A stretch of DNA of 63,939 bases, filler included, from Octopus bimaculoides (Eukaryota): assembly GCF_001194135.2 (NCBI RefSeq). It is 5 parts of 5 records of this genome, joined end to end, with 100 filler letters (N's around TTAATTAATTAA, not from the genome) between each part and the next. Parts side by side here need not be neighbours in the genome. Positions count along the whole stretch, not along the records: positions 62,873 to 63,939 come from NC_069003.1; 4 more parts are not named here. One strand, 5' to 3'. The notes beneath the pieces are model-generated. The model did no database searches. It was not told where the DNA came from and saw only the letters and a list, made by a program, of their open reading frames with translations. Shown here one piece after another: positions 63,470 to 63,939 of this stretch; position 1 is the first letter of the stretch, and each line of letters begins with the position of its first letter. A program made the position numbers and the translations under genes.

Positions 63470-63873
63470 ATACTCTTTTACTCTTTTAATTGTTTCAGTC
63501 ATTTGACTGTGGCCTTGCTGGAGCACCGCCTTTAGTCGACCAAATCGACCCCAGGACTTATTCTATGTAAGCCTAGAACTTATTCCATCGGTTTCTTTTG
63601 CCGAACCGCTAAGTTACACACCAGCATCGGTTGTCAAGCGATGTTGGGGGGACAAACACAGACACACAGACATACGCACGCACATACATATATATACATA
63701 TATATATATACGATGGGCTTCTTTCAGTTTCCGCCTACCAAATCCACTCACAAGGCTTTGGTCGGCCCGAGGCTATAGTAATAGACACTTGCCCAAGGTG
63801 CCACGCAGTGGGACTGAACCAGGAACCATGTGGTTCGTAAGGTAGCTACTTACCACACAGCAACACCTTCGCC
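63470..63873 (-). mobile_element. SINE family E, near full length
   Basis: Reverse of AGGCGAAGGTGTTGCTGTGTGGTAAGTAGC head to GTAAAAGAGTA tail. Confidence 0.93.

Positions 63874-63939
<66 letters not shown>
63874..63939. repeat. (ATT)n microsatellite
   Basis: Visible simple repeat. Confidence 0.97.

Overview
Eukaryotic, AT-rich, microsatellite- and TE-dense genomic scaffold. It is most likely an octopus (coleoid cephalopod); this is my recognition of the tRNA-derived SINE families and molluscan-type histones, not a database result. The window has many N gaps and four artificial 100-bp joins (44N-TTAATTAATTAA-44N). Functional content: (1) a tRNA-Trp cluster at 10-31 kb with six identical tRNA-Trp(CCA) genes, one structure-compatible copy whose anticodon is TCA (would read UGA), and one heavily decayed copy; the + strand copies share a ~200-bp upstream module. 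(2) A replication-dependent histone cluster at 53.8-62.8 kb (H3<->H4, H2A<->H2B, second inverted H4), gap-truncated, with five 3' stem-loops and no obvious purine-rich downstream element. (3) A spliced hAT/BED-finger transposase gene at 46.3-48.6 kb, open for 487 codons over three exons and interrupted by a Helitron. The rest is SINEs (labels A-F are my local names), mariner, pogo, MULE, piggyBac and hAT MITEs, RTE, CR1, Penelope and Gypsy relics, and hammerhead-like motifs. TE boundaries without stated TSDs/TIRs are approximate.
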